A DNA stretch of 40,741 nt from a virus. Lineage: Duplodnaviria; Heunggongvirae; Uroviricota; Caudoviricetes. The stretch covers positions 1-40,741 of the IMG/VR virus record IMGVR_UViG_2541047784_000010; one strand, given 5' to 3'. Positions within the stretch are counted from its first letter, which is position 1. The number at the start of each line of letters is the position of its first letter. The translations under genes and the position numbers were made by a program. The notes under the pieces are model-generated. The model was not told the DNA's origin. It was given only the letters and a program-made list of their open reading frames with translations, and did not search any database. This document shows positions 8,195 to 17,214 of the stretch, in pieces.

Positions 8195-8854
8195 TTAACT
8201 AAATGTCTCTTCAGGCCACTGGCTGGCGATAACTTTCCCTACTACGGAACAGCTATCATTGCATGGGATCATTGGATATTGCGGGTTTAGTGGTTGTAGG
8301 AACACCTGACCGCTATCCCTGATCAGTTTCTTGAAGGTAAACTCGTCACCACCAAGTCTGGCTATGCAGAAATCACCTGGCTCAACAGCCTGCTCAGGGT
8401 CAACGAGAATTAACATCCCGTCAGGAAAGCTTGGCTTGGATCCTGTTGGTGCGGTCATGGAATTACCTTCAACTTCAAGCCAAAACGCACAATCACTGGC
8501 TTTTTTGGTTGTGCTGACCCATCTCTCCGCATCACCTTTGGTAAAGGTTCTAAGCTCAGGCGAGAACATCCCGGCCTGAACATGAGAAAAAACAGGGTAC
8601 TCATATTGTTTTTTAACGGGGGCAGATGAGTATTCGCCAACAGGTGAAAATGTACCGTCGTGGTTGAATGAGACGTTATCAATACCAAGGTATTTAAACA
8701 CCACACCAATCTCGTCAAGAGATGGATGACGAGATCCGCGCAACCAGTGACCAATTCCACCCTGCGTCATACCAAGCTCTTCAGCTAACTTCTCTTGAGT
8801 TATGCCGAGTTCTTTCATTCTGGATCTAGCCAGTTCATACCATTTCATTTTCAT
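8195..8854 (-). CDS. cI: CI-type immunity repressor (LexA-like S24 peptidase C-terminal domain)
   Basis: C-terminal ~130 aa match my recollection of lambda CI nearly residue for residue ([19 protein letters not shown]...[13 protein letters not shown]...[27 protein letters not shown]), including Ala-Gly cleavage site and Ser/Lys dyad; N-terminal HTH is unrelated to lambda; start set at MKMKWYEL with AAGGAT RBS. Confidence 0.9.
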   Translation of the reverse strand: MKMKWYELARSRMKELGITQEKLAEELGMTQGGIGHWLRGSRHPSLDEIGVVFKYLGIDNVSFNHDGTFSPVGEYSSAPVKKQYEYPVFSHVQAGMFSPELRTFTKGDAERWVSTTKKASDCAFWLEVEGNSMTAPTGSKPSFPDGMLILVDPEQAVEPGDFCIARLGGDEFTFKKLIRDSGQVFLQPLNPQYPMIPCNDSCSVVGKVIASQWPEETFS

Positions 8855-8966
8855 ATCCTTATTATTACGCTCTGTACTAAAACCATCCATGCACAAGATG
8901 TATTTTTTTGTTTGCATTCCAAAAGTACATATCGTATTATTGTTTCATGGTTACTATGGAGGGCAT
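8855..8966. promoter_or_regulatory. OR region: divergent PR/PRM with operator sites (putative)
   Basis: PR TTGCAT-N17-TATTAT on plus strand ~25 nt before cro RBS; operator-like motifs ACAAGATGTAT and ACATATCGTAT (latter in PR spacer) shared with OL. Confidence 0.6.
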
Positions 8967-9182
8967 ATGAGCAACCTACGAAAATATCGAGAGTCACTGA
9001 ATATCTCTCAAACAACACTTGCTAAGGCGGTTGGATGCACACAGGGAGCTATCGGACATTGGGAATCTGGTCGTCGCTTCCCAGACCTTAAAACATGCCG
9101 TGCTCTTGTTGCGTGCCTAAACAAGTTAGGCGCAAAAGTCAGTCTTGATGACGTGTTCCCACCGGAACACAAAGCCGCTTAA
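8967..9182 (+). CDS. cro: Cro-type repressor
   Basis: 71 aa from MSNLRKYRESLNISQTTLAKAVGCTQGAIGHW; HTH recognition region nearly identical to that of the cI N-terminus (TQGGIGHW), as expected for shared operators; RBS GGAGGG. Confidence 0.8.
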   Translation: MSNLRKYRESLNISQTTLAKAVGCTQGAIGHWESGRRFPDLKTCRALVACLNKLGAKVSLDDVFPPEHKAA

Positions 9183-9193
9183 TAAGCGGATCC

Positions 9194-9228
9194 GCTCTTT
9201 ATCAATCTGCACCGCCGACAACGCGGTA
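9194..9228 (+). promoter_or_regulatory. nutR (boxA + boxB)
   Basis: boxA CGCTCTTTATCA followed by hairpin ACCGC-cgacaac-GCGGT, just downstream of cro. Confidence 0.7.
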
Positions 9229-9235
9229 ACTAATT

Positions 9236-9275
9236 AATCACTCATCGAAAGATGAGTATTAGTGATTATTTACCT
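9236..9275 (+). terminator. tR1-like terminator candidate
   Basis: Nested inverted repeats AATCACT / CTCATC-gaaa-GATGAG / AGTGATT followed by T-rich stretch between nutR and cII. Confidence 0.3.
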
Positions 9276-9291
9276 ATGGAAATAGTAAGAA

Positions 9292-9588
9292 ATGGAACAA
9301 ACAAGTTACAGCAAACTATCACAGCGCGACGTTGATCGCGCAGAAACAGATTTACTCATCAACCTGTCAACGCTTACCCAGCGCGGTCTGGCAAAGATGA
9401 TTGGCTGTCATGAATCGAAGATCAGTCGTACCGACTGGCGGTTTATTGCTTCGGTCTTGTGTGCTTTCGGAATGGCATCAGACATCAGTCCGATTAGCAG
9501 GGCTTTTAAGTATGCGCTTGATGGACTCACCAATAAAAAACGCCCGGCGGCAACCGAGCGTTCTGATCAAATACAAATGGAATTTTAA
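9292..9588 (+). CDS. cII: CII transcriptional activator
   Basis: 98 aa; C-terminus LTNKKRPAATERSDQIQMEF is essentially lambda CII (ILTNKKRPAATERSEQIQMEF); HTH region KISR conserved. Confidence 0.85.
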   Translation: MEQTSYSKLSQRDVDRAETDLLINLSTLTQRGLAKMIGCHESKISRTDWRFIASVLCAFGMASDISPISRAFKYALDGLTNKKRPAATERSDQIQMEF

Positions 9589-9610
9589 CAACATCCAACG
9601 AGGTAATTAT

Positions 9611-9883
9611 ATGCGAAACAAAGGCTTTAATCCACCTGATACACACAAAGAAGCTAAGCGTTTGCGCTTCCTTCGTTCCATTGATGAAAGAACTCAAATC
9701 TCTTTTGTGAAAGTTGCCAGAACTGAGCTTCTGAAGGCTGAGGCGAGGGCGTTGCTCCCGTCTCTACCAAAAGAGGAGGGATATACGTTCATTCCAAACG
9801 CATTTCTGGAAAAGCTTCTCAAAGAAGACATATCCGTAAGTCAGTTTAACGATGTTCTTAAGGTCTTTCGTCAAGGCAGGTAG
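9611..9883 (+). CDS. Hypothetical protein (90 aa) between cII and replication genes
   Basis: In-frame ATG at 9611 within longer track ORF 9401-9883 that overlaps cII; RBS GAGG upstream. Confidence 0.45.
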   Translation: MRNKGFNPPDTHKEAKRLRFLRSIDERTQISFVKVARTELLKAEARALLPSLPKEEGYTFIPNAFLEKLLKEDISVSQFNDVLKVFRQGR

Positions 9884-9885
9884 TT

Positions 9886-10833
9886 ATGAGCAATACAGCA
9901 AAAATCTACGATTTCAGCGCCGCACACGAGCGCAGGAGCAACAGGATGGAGAACCAGAAAACTGGTTACATTCCGTTGTACCGGAGCATTCTGAAACAGT
10001 CATGGGCGAAAGATGTTTATCTTCGCACCCTGTGGGAAAACCTTCTCCTGAATGCTGCCAGAAAGCCATACAAAGCGAATTTCAAAGGTCATGAATGGCA
10101 TCTGCAACCCGGTCAACTGGTTGTGACAGCAGCTGATTTAGGTCTTCAGTTATGCGACAGGCATGGCAAGCCGGCAAGCCGTGATCAGGTTGAGCGGATG
10201 CTTCAGGTTTTTGTGAAAGAGGGGATGATCTCCATTGATGGAGAGAAGCAAAAAGGTCGTGTGATCACCATCACAAATTACCATGAATATGCTCAAAAAA
10301 TGGACGATTCACCCGCACATGAAGCCGCACAAACAACCGCACATGAAGCCGCACATGATGAAGCCAGTAATGGCGCGGCTTTCAGCGTACATGCCACACA
10401 TGAAAGCGCACATGAAGCCGCACAAACAACCGCACATCATGAACAAGAAGGTATTAACAAGAATATAAATAATACCCCCCTACCCCCCAATGGGGGAGGC
10501 GATGGGCAGGTTAAACCTGAACGTCGCAAGGCAGAACGAATCGACTACGAATCCTTCCTGAACGCCTACAACACCGAAGTCGGTGACAGACTGCCACACG
10601 CTGTTGCGGTCAACGAGAAACGAAAACGCCGCCTGAAGAAAATCATCCCGCAACTGAAAACGCCAAACGTTGACGGTTTCAGAGCGTATGTCAGGGCGTT
10701 TGTGCATCAGGCTAAGCCGTTTTACTTCGGAGACAACGACACGGGCTGGACGGCCGATTTTGATTACCTGCTGAGGGAAGACTCGTTAACGGGAGTTCGG
10801 GAAGGGAAGTTTGCAGACAGGGGGATTGCATGA
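9886..10833 (+). CDS. O: Replication initiator, lambda O / P22 gene 18-like
   Basis: 315 aa; position after cII; central His/Ala-rich repeats encoded by DNA iterons (ori inside gene, as in lambda O); basic C-terminal part. Confidence 0.75.
   Translation: MSNTAKIYDFSAAHERRSNRMENQKTGYIPLYRSILKQSWAKDVYLRTLWENLLLNAARKPYKANFKGHEWHLQPGQLVVTAADLGLQLCDRHGKPASRDQVERMLQVFVKEGMISIDGEKQKGRVITITNYHEYAQKMDDSPAHEAAQTTAHEAAHDEASNGAAFSVHATHESAHEAAQTTAHHEQEGINKNINNTPLPPNGGGDGQVKPERRKAERIDYESFLNAYNTEVGDRLPHAVAVNEKRKRRLKKIIPQLKTPNVDGFRAYVRAFVHQAKPFYFGDNDTGWTADFDYLLREDSLTGVREGKFADRGIA
10310..10500 (+). repeat. Origin of replication: iterons plus AT-rich segment inside O gene
   Basis: Three or more copies of CGCACATGAAGCCGCACA within 140 bp, followed by AT-rich AAGAAGGTATTAACAAGAATATAAATAATA and C6/G5 tract. 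Confidence 0.7.
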
Positions 10834-12206
10834 GACAGGATATCGAAGCGAGCGTTATCGGTGGCCTGCTGATTGGTGGATTAACTCCAACCGCCAGCGA
10901 CGTTCTGGCAACGCTGGAGCCGGAAGCGTTTTCAATTCCGCTCTACCGGAAAGCCTTCGAGGTTATCCGCAAGCAGGCGCGAAACAGAAACCTAATCGAC
11001 GCACTGATGGTTGCCGAGGCGTGCGGAGAGGAGCATTTCACGTCAATCCTGATGACCAGCAAAAACTGCCCGAGTGCCGCAAACCTGAAGGGATATGCCG
11101 GAATGGTCGCGGATAACTATCACCGCCGTCTGGTGCTGGAAATCATGGATGAAATGCGTGAACCAATTCAGAGCGGAACCATCGACGCATCGAGTCAGGC
11201 GATGGATGAACTTGTAAAACGTCTCTCAGCCATCAGAAAGCCCCGTGACGAGGTAAAACCTGTACGGTTAGGGGAAATCATTACTGACTACACTGACACG
11301 CTTGACAGGCGTCTGAGGAACGGAGAAGAGTCAGATACCCTGAAGACCGGAATCGAAGAACTTGATGCCATCACCGGAGGGATGAACGCGGAAGACCTGG
11401 TGATTATCGCTGCTCGTCCTGGTATGGGGAAAACCGAGCTGGCGCTGAAGATTGCCGAAGGCGTTGCAAGCCGCGTTATTCCTGGTTCTGACGTCCGGCG
11501 CGGGGTATTGATTTTCTCAATGGAAATGAGCGCATTGCAGATTGCAGAGCGAAGCATTGCCAACGCCGGGAGAATGTCGGTTAGCGTGCTGCGAAATCCT
11601 GCATCGATGGATGACGAGGGCTGGGCACGTGTTGCTAACGGCATGAGTCAGCTTGCGGATTTGGATGTATGGGTAGTCGATGCCTCGCGGTTATCGGTCG
11701 AAGAAATACGCTCAATCGCAGAACGGCACAAACAGGAAAATCCAAACCTGTCACTCATCATGGCGGATTATCTTGGCCTGATTGAGAAGCCGAAAGCAGA
11801 TCGCAACGACCTCGCAATTGCTCACATCTCCGGAAGCCTTAAGGCGATGGCGAAAGACCTGAAAACGCCTGTTATCTCCCTGAGTCAGCTTTCACGCGAT
11901 GTTGAGAAGCGACCAAACAAACGCCCGACAAACGCAGATTTGCGTGATTCAGGAAGCATTGAGCAGGACGCAGACTCAATCATCATGCTCTATCGGGAAG
12001 CGGTATATGACGAGAACAGTAGCGCCGCGCCATTTGCTGAAATCATTGTGACGAAAAACCGTTTTGGCTCGCTTGGTACGGTTTACCAGCGGTTCTGTAA
12101 CGGACACTTTGTTGCATGTGACCAGGATGAAGCCAGACAGATTTGCACAGCATCAAATGCACCTGCTGCGCGTGGCAGACGATATGCACAAGGGGCGGAC
12201 GTATGA
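10830..12206 (+). CDS. DnaB-family replicative helicase (P22 gene 12-like)
   Basis: 458 aa; Walker A ARPGMGKT, DnaB C-terminal motifs; ATGA overlap with O-like gene. Confidence 0.9.
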   Translation: MRQDIEASVIGGLLIGGLTPTASDVLATLEPEAFSIPLYRKAFEVIRKQARNRNLIDALMVAEACGEEHFTSILMTSKNCPSAANLKGYAGMVADNYHRRLVLEIMDEMREPIQSGTIDASSQAMDELVKRLSAIRKPRDEVKPVRLGEIITDYTDTLDRRLRNGEESDTLKTGIEELDAITGGMNAEDLVIIAARPGMGKTELALKIAEGVASRVIPGSDVRRGVLIFSMEMSALQIAERSIANAGRMSVSVLRNPASMDDEGWARVANGMSQLADLDVWVVDASRLSVEEIRSIAERHKQENPNLSLIMADYLGLIEKPKADRNDLAIAHISGSLKAMAKDLKTPVISLSQLSRDVEKRPNKRPTNADLRDSGSIEQDADSIIMLYREAVYDENSSAAPFAEIIVTKNRFGSLGTVYQRFCNGHFVACDQDEARQICTASNAPAARGRRYAQGADV

Positions 12207-12284
12207 CCATCTACATCACTGAGCTAATAGCATGGTTATCGTTACTAATGGTTCTTACTGTATATATTATTAAGTATATTCTTT

Positions 12285-12896
12285 ATGCGAATAAAAAAAC
12301 TAATTGATCACGATGAGCTTCTGTCAACATTATCATATGACTCAGAAACAGGAATATTTAAATGGCTAAAAACAAATTCAGTAGTAAGAGTAAAAGGTAG
12401 TATTGCTGGAGGTGTTAGTGGTGGTTATATATGCATTAGCATAAATAATGTTTTGTATTATGCGCATAGACTTGCTTGGTTCTATGTATACAAAAAATGG
12501 CCTCCTAAGTTTATTGATCATGTAAATGGGAACAGACTTGACAATAGGATTTCAAATCTAAGACTGGCAACAGAAGAGCAGAATGCAAGAAACATTGTAG
12601 GGAATAGATTAAACACATCCGGTGCAATTGGAGTGTCTTGGTATAAGCCAACTGGCAGGTGGAAGTCTTATGTTGGTTATAAAAATAAGACAATATCGTT
12701 AGGGTATTTCGATAGCAAAGAAGATGCAGCATTCATAGCAGCACTAGCAAGAAAGAAACTATATGGAACTTATGCGAGTAAAGCACTTAATTGCGAGCAT
12801 GAGCTTTTATCTCAATTTAATAATGATGAGGATAAACTTGCGGAATATCTTAAGGAAAAATCTAAAAGGACTCGAAAGCGTGTTAAAAACAGATAA
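12285..12896 (+). CDS. HNH endonuclease with AP2-type DNA-binding domain (homing-endonuclease-like)
   Basis: 203 aa; HNH_3-like motif AHRLAW...FIDHVNGNRLDNRISNLRLATEEQN and AP2-like GVSWYKPTGRWKSYV; low GC; own terminator. Confidence 0.8.
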   Translation: MRIKKLIDHDELLSTLSYDSETGIFKWLKTNSVVRVKGSIAGGVSGGYICISINNVLYYAHRLAWFYVYKKWPPKFIDHVNGNRLDNRISNLRLATEEQNARNIVGNRLNTSGAIGVSWYKPTGRWKSYVGYKNKTISLGYFDSKEDAAFIAALARKKLYGTYASKALNCEHELLSQFNNDEDKLAEYLKEKSKRTRKRVKNR

Positions 12897-12928
12897 AGGC
12901 CTGCTGGTAATCGCAGGCCTTTTTATTT
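12897..12928 (+). terminator. Rho-independent terminator
   Basis: AGGCCTGC-tggtaatc-GCAGGCCT followed by TTTTATTT directly after HNH gene stop. Confidence 0.85.
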
Positions 12929-12943
12929 GGGGGAGAGGGAAGT

Positions 12944-13270
12944 GTGGCTGACTGGCAAATTCCAATCATCATTCTTGCCGGAGCTTCGCTGGTTGCTGGC
13001 TTTATCCTTCTGAAAAAGCATAAAGACCGTGATCAAAAAGTCGAAGTTCTCTATGGGTATCCAGCGAACAGCACAACATGGCTGACCATTTACCACTACC
13101 GAAAATCAGGCCGCTGGGTATTCGAATGGGATGATCTGTTCGCTGAAAAGCGACCAAAGTCATGGGGAGACATCAGCGAATGCGTGATGTTTGAAGAAAG
13201 AAAATCCGGCGCAACCCGAGAAGAGTTTAACGAAGCGTGGGCGCGATTAAGTGAGAGAGGGTATTTGTGA
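12944..13270 (+). CDS. Hypothetical protein with N-terminal transmembrane helix (108 aa, GTG start)
   Basis: Hydrophobic N-terminus IPIIILAGASLVAGFILL; RBS GGGAGAGGG. Confidence 0.45.
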   Translation: MADWQIPIIILAGASLVAGFILLKKHKDRDQKVEVLYGYPANSTTWLTIYHYRKSGRWVFEWDDLFAEKRPKSWGDISECVMFEERKSGATREEFNEAWARLSERGYL

Positions 13271-13467
13271 GCAAGTACGAAAAATTAGATCAAAACATTC
13301 TTTCAATGCTGAGTGAAAGACCAACACCTGTTTTTGATATCTGGCTTAAATGGCGGAGCAATGGAATGTATATCGAAACCATCGATCGCCGTATGCAATA
13401 CCTGAGAAAGAAAGGGCTTGTTGCAAATGTGCGTGGGAAGGGTTGGGTGAAAATTAACCTGTCATAA
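13267..13467 (+). CDS. Hypothetical protein (66 aa, GTG start)
   Basis: Small basic ORF overlapping neighbours in operon fashion. Confidence 0.4.
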   Translation: MSKYEKLDQNILSMLSERPTPVFDIWLKWRSNGMYIETIDRRMQYLRKKGLVANVRGKGWVKINLS

Positions 13468-13478
13468 CGGGGATTGAT

Positions 13479-13793
13479 ATGGACGAATCAAGAAAGAAGT
13501 TTGAGGAATACGTTGCCAAAAAATTGAGATTACCATTCGAGATGATAACCGAGGCAAGAAATGGTGATAGGTACTTCGCATTTTCAAGCATGGATATTCG
13601 TCACTCCTTAAATGAGTGGTGGGCTTTATGGCAGGCATCGCGAGCAGCTATTGAAATAACCGCGCCAAAGTTTATCGACAGCAGAGAAGCATTAGCCAAA
13701 GGGTTTACTGTTGATTATTCCAATGGCTTCGGTGATGCAATGGATGCTTATGAGGAAAACATCCGCTCTGCTGGAGTCAAAGTGAAGGAGTAA
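13479..13793 (+). CDS. Hypothetical nin-region protein (104 aa)
   Basis: ORF with ATG and upstream purine-rich RBS; no motif recognised. Confidence 0.5.
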   Translation: MDESRKKFEEYVAKKLRLPFEMITEARNGDRYFAFSSMDIRHSLNEWWALWQASRAAIEITAPKFIDSREALAKGFTVDYSNGFGDAMDAYEENIRSAGVKVKE

Positions 13794-13795
13794 CG

Positions 13796-14206
13796 ATGAA
13801 GCAAACAATCTTCCTCCGAACTAAGCAACAACAGCAAGCTGCAATAAATGCCATCCTCGCAACACCACTCGATAAAGACAAGCCAGTCACCATCCGCATT
13901 ACTGACTACAAGCGAAATCTTGACCAGAACGCAAAATTTCACGCGATGCTGGCGGATATCGCTCGTCAGGTTCAATGGTGCGATAAGTGGTTAAAACCAG
14001 AACAATGGAAGGTTTTGTTGATTAGCGGTCATGCAGTGGCAACAAAGCAGGAAGCTGATGTTTTGCCCGGGCTTGAAGGCGAATACGTCAACATTCGCGA
14101 AAGCAGCGCGCAGATGAGCGTGAAGCGTATGGCAAGTCTGATCGAGTACACAACAGCATGGGCTATTGGTCAGGGAGTCAGATTTACCGACAGGAGGTAC
14201 GAATGA
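13796..14206 (+). CDS. ninB: NinB recombination protein
   Basis: 136 aa; conserved core [30 protein letters not shown] resembles lambda NinB. Confidence 0.85.
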   Translation: MKQTIFLRTKQQQQAAINAILATPLDKDKPVTIRITDYKRNLDQNAKFHAMLADIARQVQWCDKWLKPEQWKVLLISGHAVATKQEADVLPGLEGEYVNIRESSAQMSVKRMASLIEYTTAWAIGQGVRFTDRRYE

Positions 14207-14379
14207 GACGACAGCGACGAAGTTTCACCGACATCATCTGCGAAAACTGCAAATACCTTCCAACGAAACGCACCAGAAATAAACCCAAGCCAATCCCAAA
14301 AGAATCTGACGTAAAAACTTTCAATTACACGGCTCATCTGTGGGATATCCGGTGGCTAAGACATCGTGCGAGGAAATGA
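14203..14379 (+). CDS. ninE: NinE-like protein (start trimmed to MRRQRRSF)
   Basis: 58 aa nearly identical to my recollection of lambda NinE ([23 protein letters not shown]...). Confidence 0.75.
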   Translation: MRRQRRSFTDIICENCKYLPTKRTRNKPKPIPKESDVKTFNYTAHLWDIRWLRHRARK

Positions 14380-14783
14380 CAATGCTTTTAATTCAACCTG
14401 GATTTGGCCTTAGCATCAAAAAAGGGCACATGTTTGGCGAGAAAGAGTCACAACGAAAAATGGTGTCTATCCGGTTGCCATTTATCAGTATTTATTGGCT
14501 AAACAGGGAGGCAACAAATTATTGGTATACATGTGCCAGAGCAGCATTTAACGACCCTGACTGGTTTGTGAAAAACCACCACGCAGTTCGTCAGGCAAAG
14601 AGAAAGGCCAATACGACATACATGAAGGCGTATCGAAAAGCATGGAAAGAACACCGCGATCGATACCAGCAAGACATGGAAAAGCTTGAATCAGAAAACA
14701 TGGAATTAAGACGAAAGCTTGGTGAAGCAAAACGAGACATTGATGCTTACAAGCGACTTTTTAATGGTGAAAGCCATGCTTAG
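14376..14783 (+). CDS. Hypothetical nin-region protein (about 135 aa; start uncertain)
   Basis: Track ORF 14340-14783; internal ATG at 14376 follows GAGGA; C-terminal coiled-coil-like. Confidence 0.4.
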   Translation: MTMLLIQPGFGLSIKKGHMFGEKESQRKMVSIRLPFISIYWLNREATNYWYTCARAAFNDPDWFVKNHHAVRQAKRKANTTYMKAYRKAWKEHRDRYQQDMEKLESENMELRRKLGEAKRDIDAYKRLFNGESHA

Positions 14784-14952
14784 TCCATCCCAATCTCTTC
14801 AATACCAGAAAGAAAGCGTCGAGCGAGCTTTAACGTGCGCTAACTGCGGTCAGAAGCTGCATGTGCTGGAAGTTCACGTGTGTTCCGATTGCTGCGCAGA
14901 ACTGATGAGCGATCCGAATAGCTCAATGTACGAGGAAGAAGACGATGAGTGA
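14776..14952 (+). CDS. ninF: NinF-like protein (start trimmed to MLSPSQSL)
   Basis: 58 aa with CxxC...CxxCC pattern matching lambda NinF. Confidence 0.8.
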   Translation: MLSPSQSLQYQKESVERALTCANCGQKLHVLEVHVCSDCCAELMSDPNSSMYEEEDDE

Positions 14953-15157
14953 TTACCTGAAATGGTATCTCTGCCACCGCTGGTTAATTAAGTTTGCTGT
15001 AAAAGACTGGATGACAGCGGATGCCAACAAGCTTAAGCAAAGAAAGGACTATTACTACGCCAGAATGAAGGAAAACTACTGCTCAATTCGCACTCGCATA
15101 TTTATTAAAAAAGACCTTCAGTCAATTCTTCAATTGCGAGGGAAGGTAAATGGCTAA
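14945..15157 (+). CDS. Hypothetical protein (70 aa)
   Basis: Small ORF translationally coupled within nin operon. Confidence 0.4.
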   Translation: MSDYLKWYLCHRWLIKFAVKDWMTADANKLKQRKDYYYARMKENYCSIRTRIFIKKDLQSILQLRGKVNG

Positions 15158-15440
15158 CCTACGCAAAGAAGCACGCGGCAGAGAATGCCAGGTACGTATT
15201 TACGGCGTATGCAATGGCAATCCTGAAACTACAGTTCTGGCACATTATCGGATGGCTGGAATTTGCGGAACTGGAATGAAGCCTGACGACCTGATCGGCG
15301 CATGGGCTTGTAGCGCGTGTCACGATGAAATCGACCGACGCACCCATAACCTCGACAACAAAGACGCCAGACTTTACCACCTGGAAGGCGTGATCAGGAC
15401 GCAGGCGATACTGCTGAAGGAGGGGAAGATTAAGCCATGA
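15150..15440 (+). CDS. Cys-rich nin-region protein (DUF1364-like)
   Basis: 96 aa with CQVRIYGVC...CGTG...CSACHDE pattern. Confidence 0.5.
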   Translation: MANLRKEARGRECQVRIYGVCNGNPETTVLAHYRMAGICGTGMKPDDLIGAWACSACHDEIDRRTHNLDNKDARLYHLEGVIRTQAILLKEGKIKP

Positions 15441-15799
15441 ACGAATATCAGTTTGTGCTTCCATACCCGCCGTCGGTGAACACCTACTGGCGAAGACGGG
15501 GAAGCCAATACTACATCAGCGATAAAGGCCAGAAATACCGAAAAGACGTTCAGCAAATCATCCGCCAACTTAAGTTAGACATTTTCACCAAATCACGACT
15601 CCGCATCAAAGTCATCGCAGACGTTCCAGACTCCCGCCGCCGCGACCTCGACAACATCCTGAAAGGTTTACTCGACTCCCTTATCCACGCCGGATTTGCG
15701 GAAGACGACGAGCAATTCGATGACATTCGCGTAATTCGTGGTGTGAAAGTACCAGGCGGAAGGCTTGGAATAAAAATCACCGAACTGGAGAACGTATGA
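15437..15799 (+). CDS. rusA: RusA-type Holliday junction resolvase
   Basis: 120 aa; LPYPPSVNTYWRRRG...RRRDLDNILKGLLDSL...GGRLGIKITE matches RusA family. Confidence 0.9.
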   Translation: MNEYQFVLPYPPSVNTYWRRRGSQYYISDKGQKYRKDVQQIIRQLKLDIFTKSRLRIKVIADVPDSRRRDLDNILKGLLDSLIHAGFAEDDEQFDDIRVIRGVKVPGGRLGIKITELENV

Positions 15800-15984
15800 A
15801 CGCCACAATTCAAACGATACCAGAGCTTCTTATCCAGACACGAGGCAATCAGACCGAAGTGGCGAGGATGCTTTCCTGCGCAAGAGGAACAGTGCTCAAG
15901 TACAACCGAGACAGCAAAGGCGAGCGTCACGTAATAGTTAACGGCGTCCTGATGGTCAAACAGGGCAAGAGGGGAAGACGATGA
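15796..15984 (+). CDS. ninH: NinH-like protein
   Basis: 62 aa; TIPELLIQTRGNQTEVARMLSCARGTVLKY resembles lambda NinH. Confidence 0.75.
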   Translation: MNATIQTIPELLIQTRGNQTEVARMLSCARGTVLKYNRDSKGERHVIVNGVLMVKQGKRGRR

Positions 15985-16499
15985 GTATAAGAGAACTAAA
16001 CCTCACCAAAGAACAGCACGATTGGCTGAATGGCTGGCTTGAACTGTGGGGCGCATGGGTTTATTCAGGCCGCCTGGAAAAGCGCATGAGCAGCGTAATA
16101 GCGAAGTTCATGGAGAGCGTAGAGCCGGGAAGAGTTATGACAAGGCCAATGTGTAATGATGATAATGGAATGTTGATTTCTCAGGTCGTCGATTCCGTGA
16201 TGTACATTGACAAGAAAGCCTTTGGCATCCTCCTCAGCTACTACGCTCATGGTTCATCTAAGCGAGCAATTGCATCCTACTATCACGCGACTGCAAAGCC
16301 ACGCAAGATGTGTGGGCGTGGTGGCGAGGGATGGAGAAAACCTTCACTGGCAACCTGTAGAAACGAAATTGACGATATCCTGAAAGCGTCATTATTTGTT
16401 TTGTACCAACCAATGCAAAATGCTTTCAAAATGCGTAAACGTGTTGAGAAAGTTAAGCATGTTGCTGTTAAAAGCCTTGACATGCAATTAGCCATTTAG
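15981..16499 (+). CDS. Q: Late-gene antiterminator Q (phage 82-like type, not lambda Q)
   Basis: 172 aa; last gene of nin operon immediately upstream of a promoter plus terminator pair and lysis genes. Confidence 0.7.
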   Translation: MSIRELNLTKEQHDWLNGWLELWGAWVYSGRLEKRMSSVIAKFMESVEPGRVMTRPMCNDDNGMLISQVVDSVMYIDKKAFGILLSYYAHGSSKRAIASYYHATAKPRKMCGRGGEGWRKPSLATCRNEIDDILKASLFVLYQPMQNAFKMRKRVEKVKHVAVKSLDMQLAI

Positions 16500-16506
16500 C
16501 CATAAT
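16477..16506 (+). promoter_or_regulatory. Late promoter PR' candidate
   Basis: TTGACA-N18-CATAAT overlapping 3' end of Q, followed ~40 nt downstream by terminator. Confidence 0.5.
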
Positions 16507-16547
16507 ATTCACATATGCTGCTGCTTTTGTATTCAGCAACCATCACA

Positions 16548-16572
16548 AGCCCACCTCCTGTGGGCTTTTTTG
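16548..16572 (+). terminator. Rho-independent terminator (tR'-like)
   Basis: AGCCCAC-ctcct-GTGGGCT followed by TTTTTT. Confidence 0.85.
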
Positions 16573-16693
16573 CATTCGCGTGCAATCAAAACAAGAGTCT
16601 TAGTGATATGGGCCTGAGATATGGTGGTGGAAACATCGCTCCGCTCTTGGCTGTCATATCTACGCGAACAGGCTCTATCCCTAAGGTAAAGCG

Positions 16694-17206
16694 ATGAAAG
16701 AAATAAAATTAACGCCAGAAATGGTGCTTTCTGTTGTTGATTACAATCCATCATCAGGCGACTTTCACTGGAGATGGAGGCAGGGGAGAGAGAGGACCAC
16801 TTTGACATGGAACTCTCGTTTTGCTTTCAAGAAATGCTCATCAATAAATTCTGATGGGTATTTAATGATTATGATTAATGGTAAAGCATACCCTGCTCAC
16901 AGACTGGCATGGTTGATTGTTTATGGCACCATGCCCGATGGTTTTATTGATCACATCAACAGGGTAAGAACAGATAACCGGATATCAAATCTTCGTCTTG
17001 TCACTCATTCCGAAAATATGCAAAACAGGAAAATTCAGAAGAATAATAAATCTGGATACCGTGGCGTGTCTTGGGATGCTAAGTACGGGAAATGGAGAGC
17101 AAGAATTAATGCGTCTGGAAAGTGTATTAACCTTGGATACCATGACACTGCCGAACTTGCCGCTGCGGCTTTTGAGGCAGCCAGAATGAAATATCATACC
17201 GTTTAA
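16694..17206 (+). CDS. HNH endonuclease with AP2-type domain, paralog of 12285-12896
   Basis: 170 aa; AHRLAWLIVYG...FIDHINRVRTDNRISNLRLVTHSENMQN and AP2-like YRGVSWDAKYGKWRARI; inserted between Q and lysis genes; low GC. Confidence 0.8.
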   Translation: MKEIKLTPEMVLSVVDYNPSSGDFHWRWRQGRERTTLTWNSRFAFKKCSSINSDGYLMIMINGKAYPAHRLAWLIVYGTMPDGFIDHINRVRTDNRISNLRLVTHSENMQNRKIQKNNKSGYRGVSWDAKYGKWRARINASGKCINLGYHDTAELAAAAFEAARMKYHTV

Positions 17207-17214
17207 AGATGTAA

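Noticed and set aside
10283-10468. 61-aa ORF rich in His/Pro/Lys/Met ([24 protein letters not shown]...)
   Set aside because: Alternative-frame reading of the ori iteron repeats inside the O-like gene; periodicity reflects DNA repeats, not a protein.
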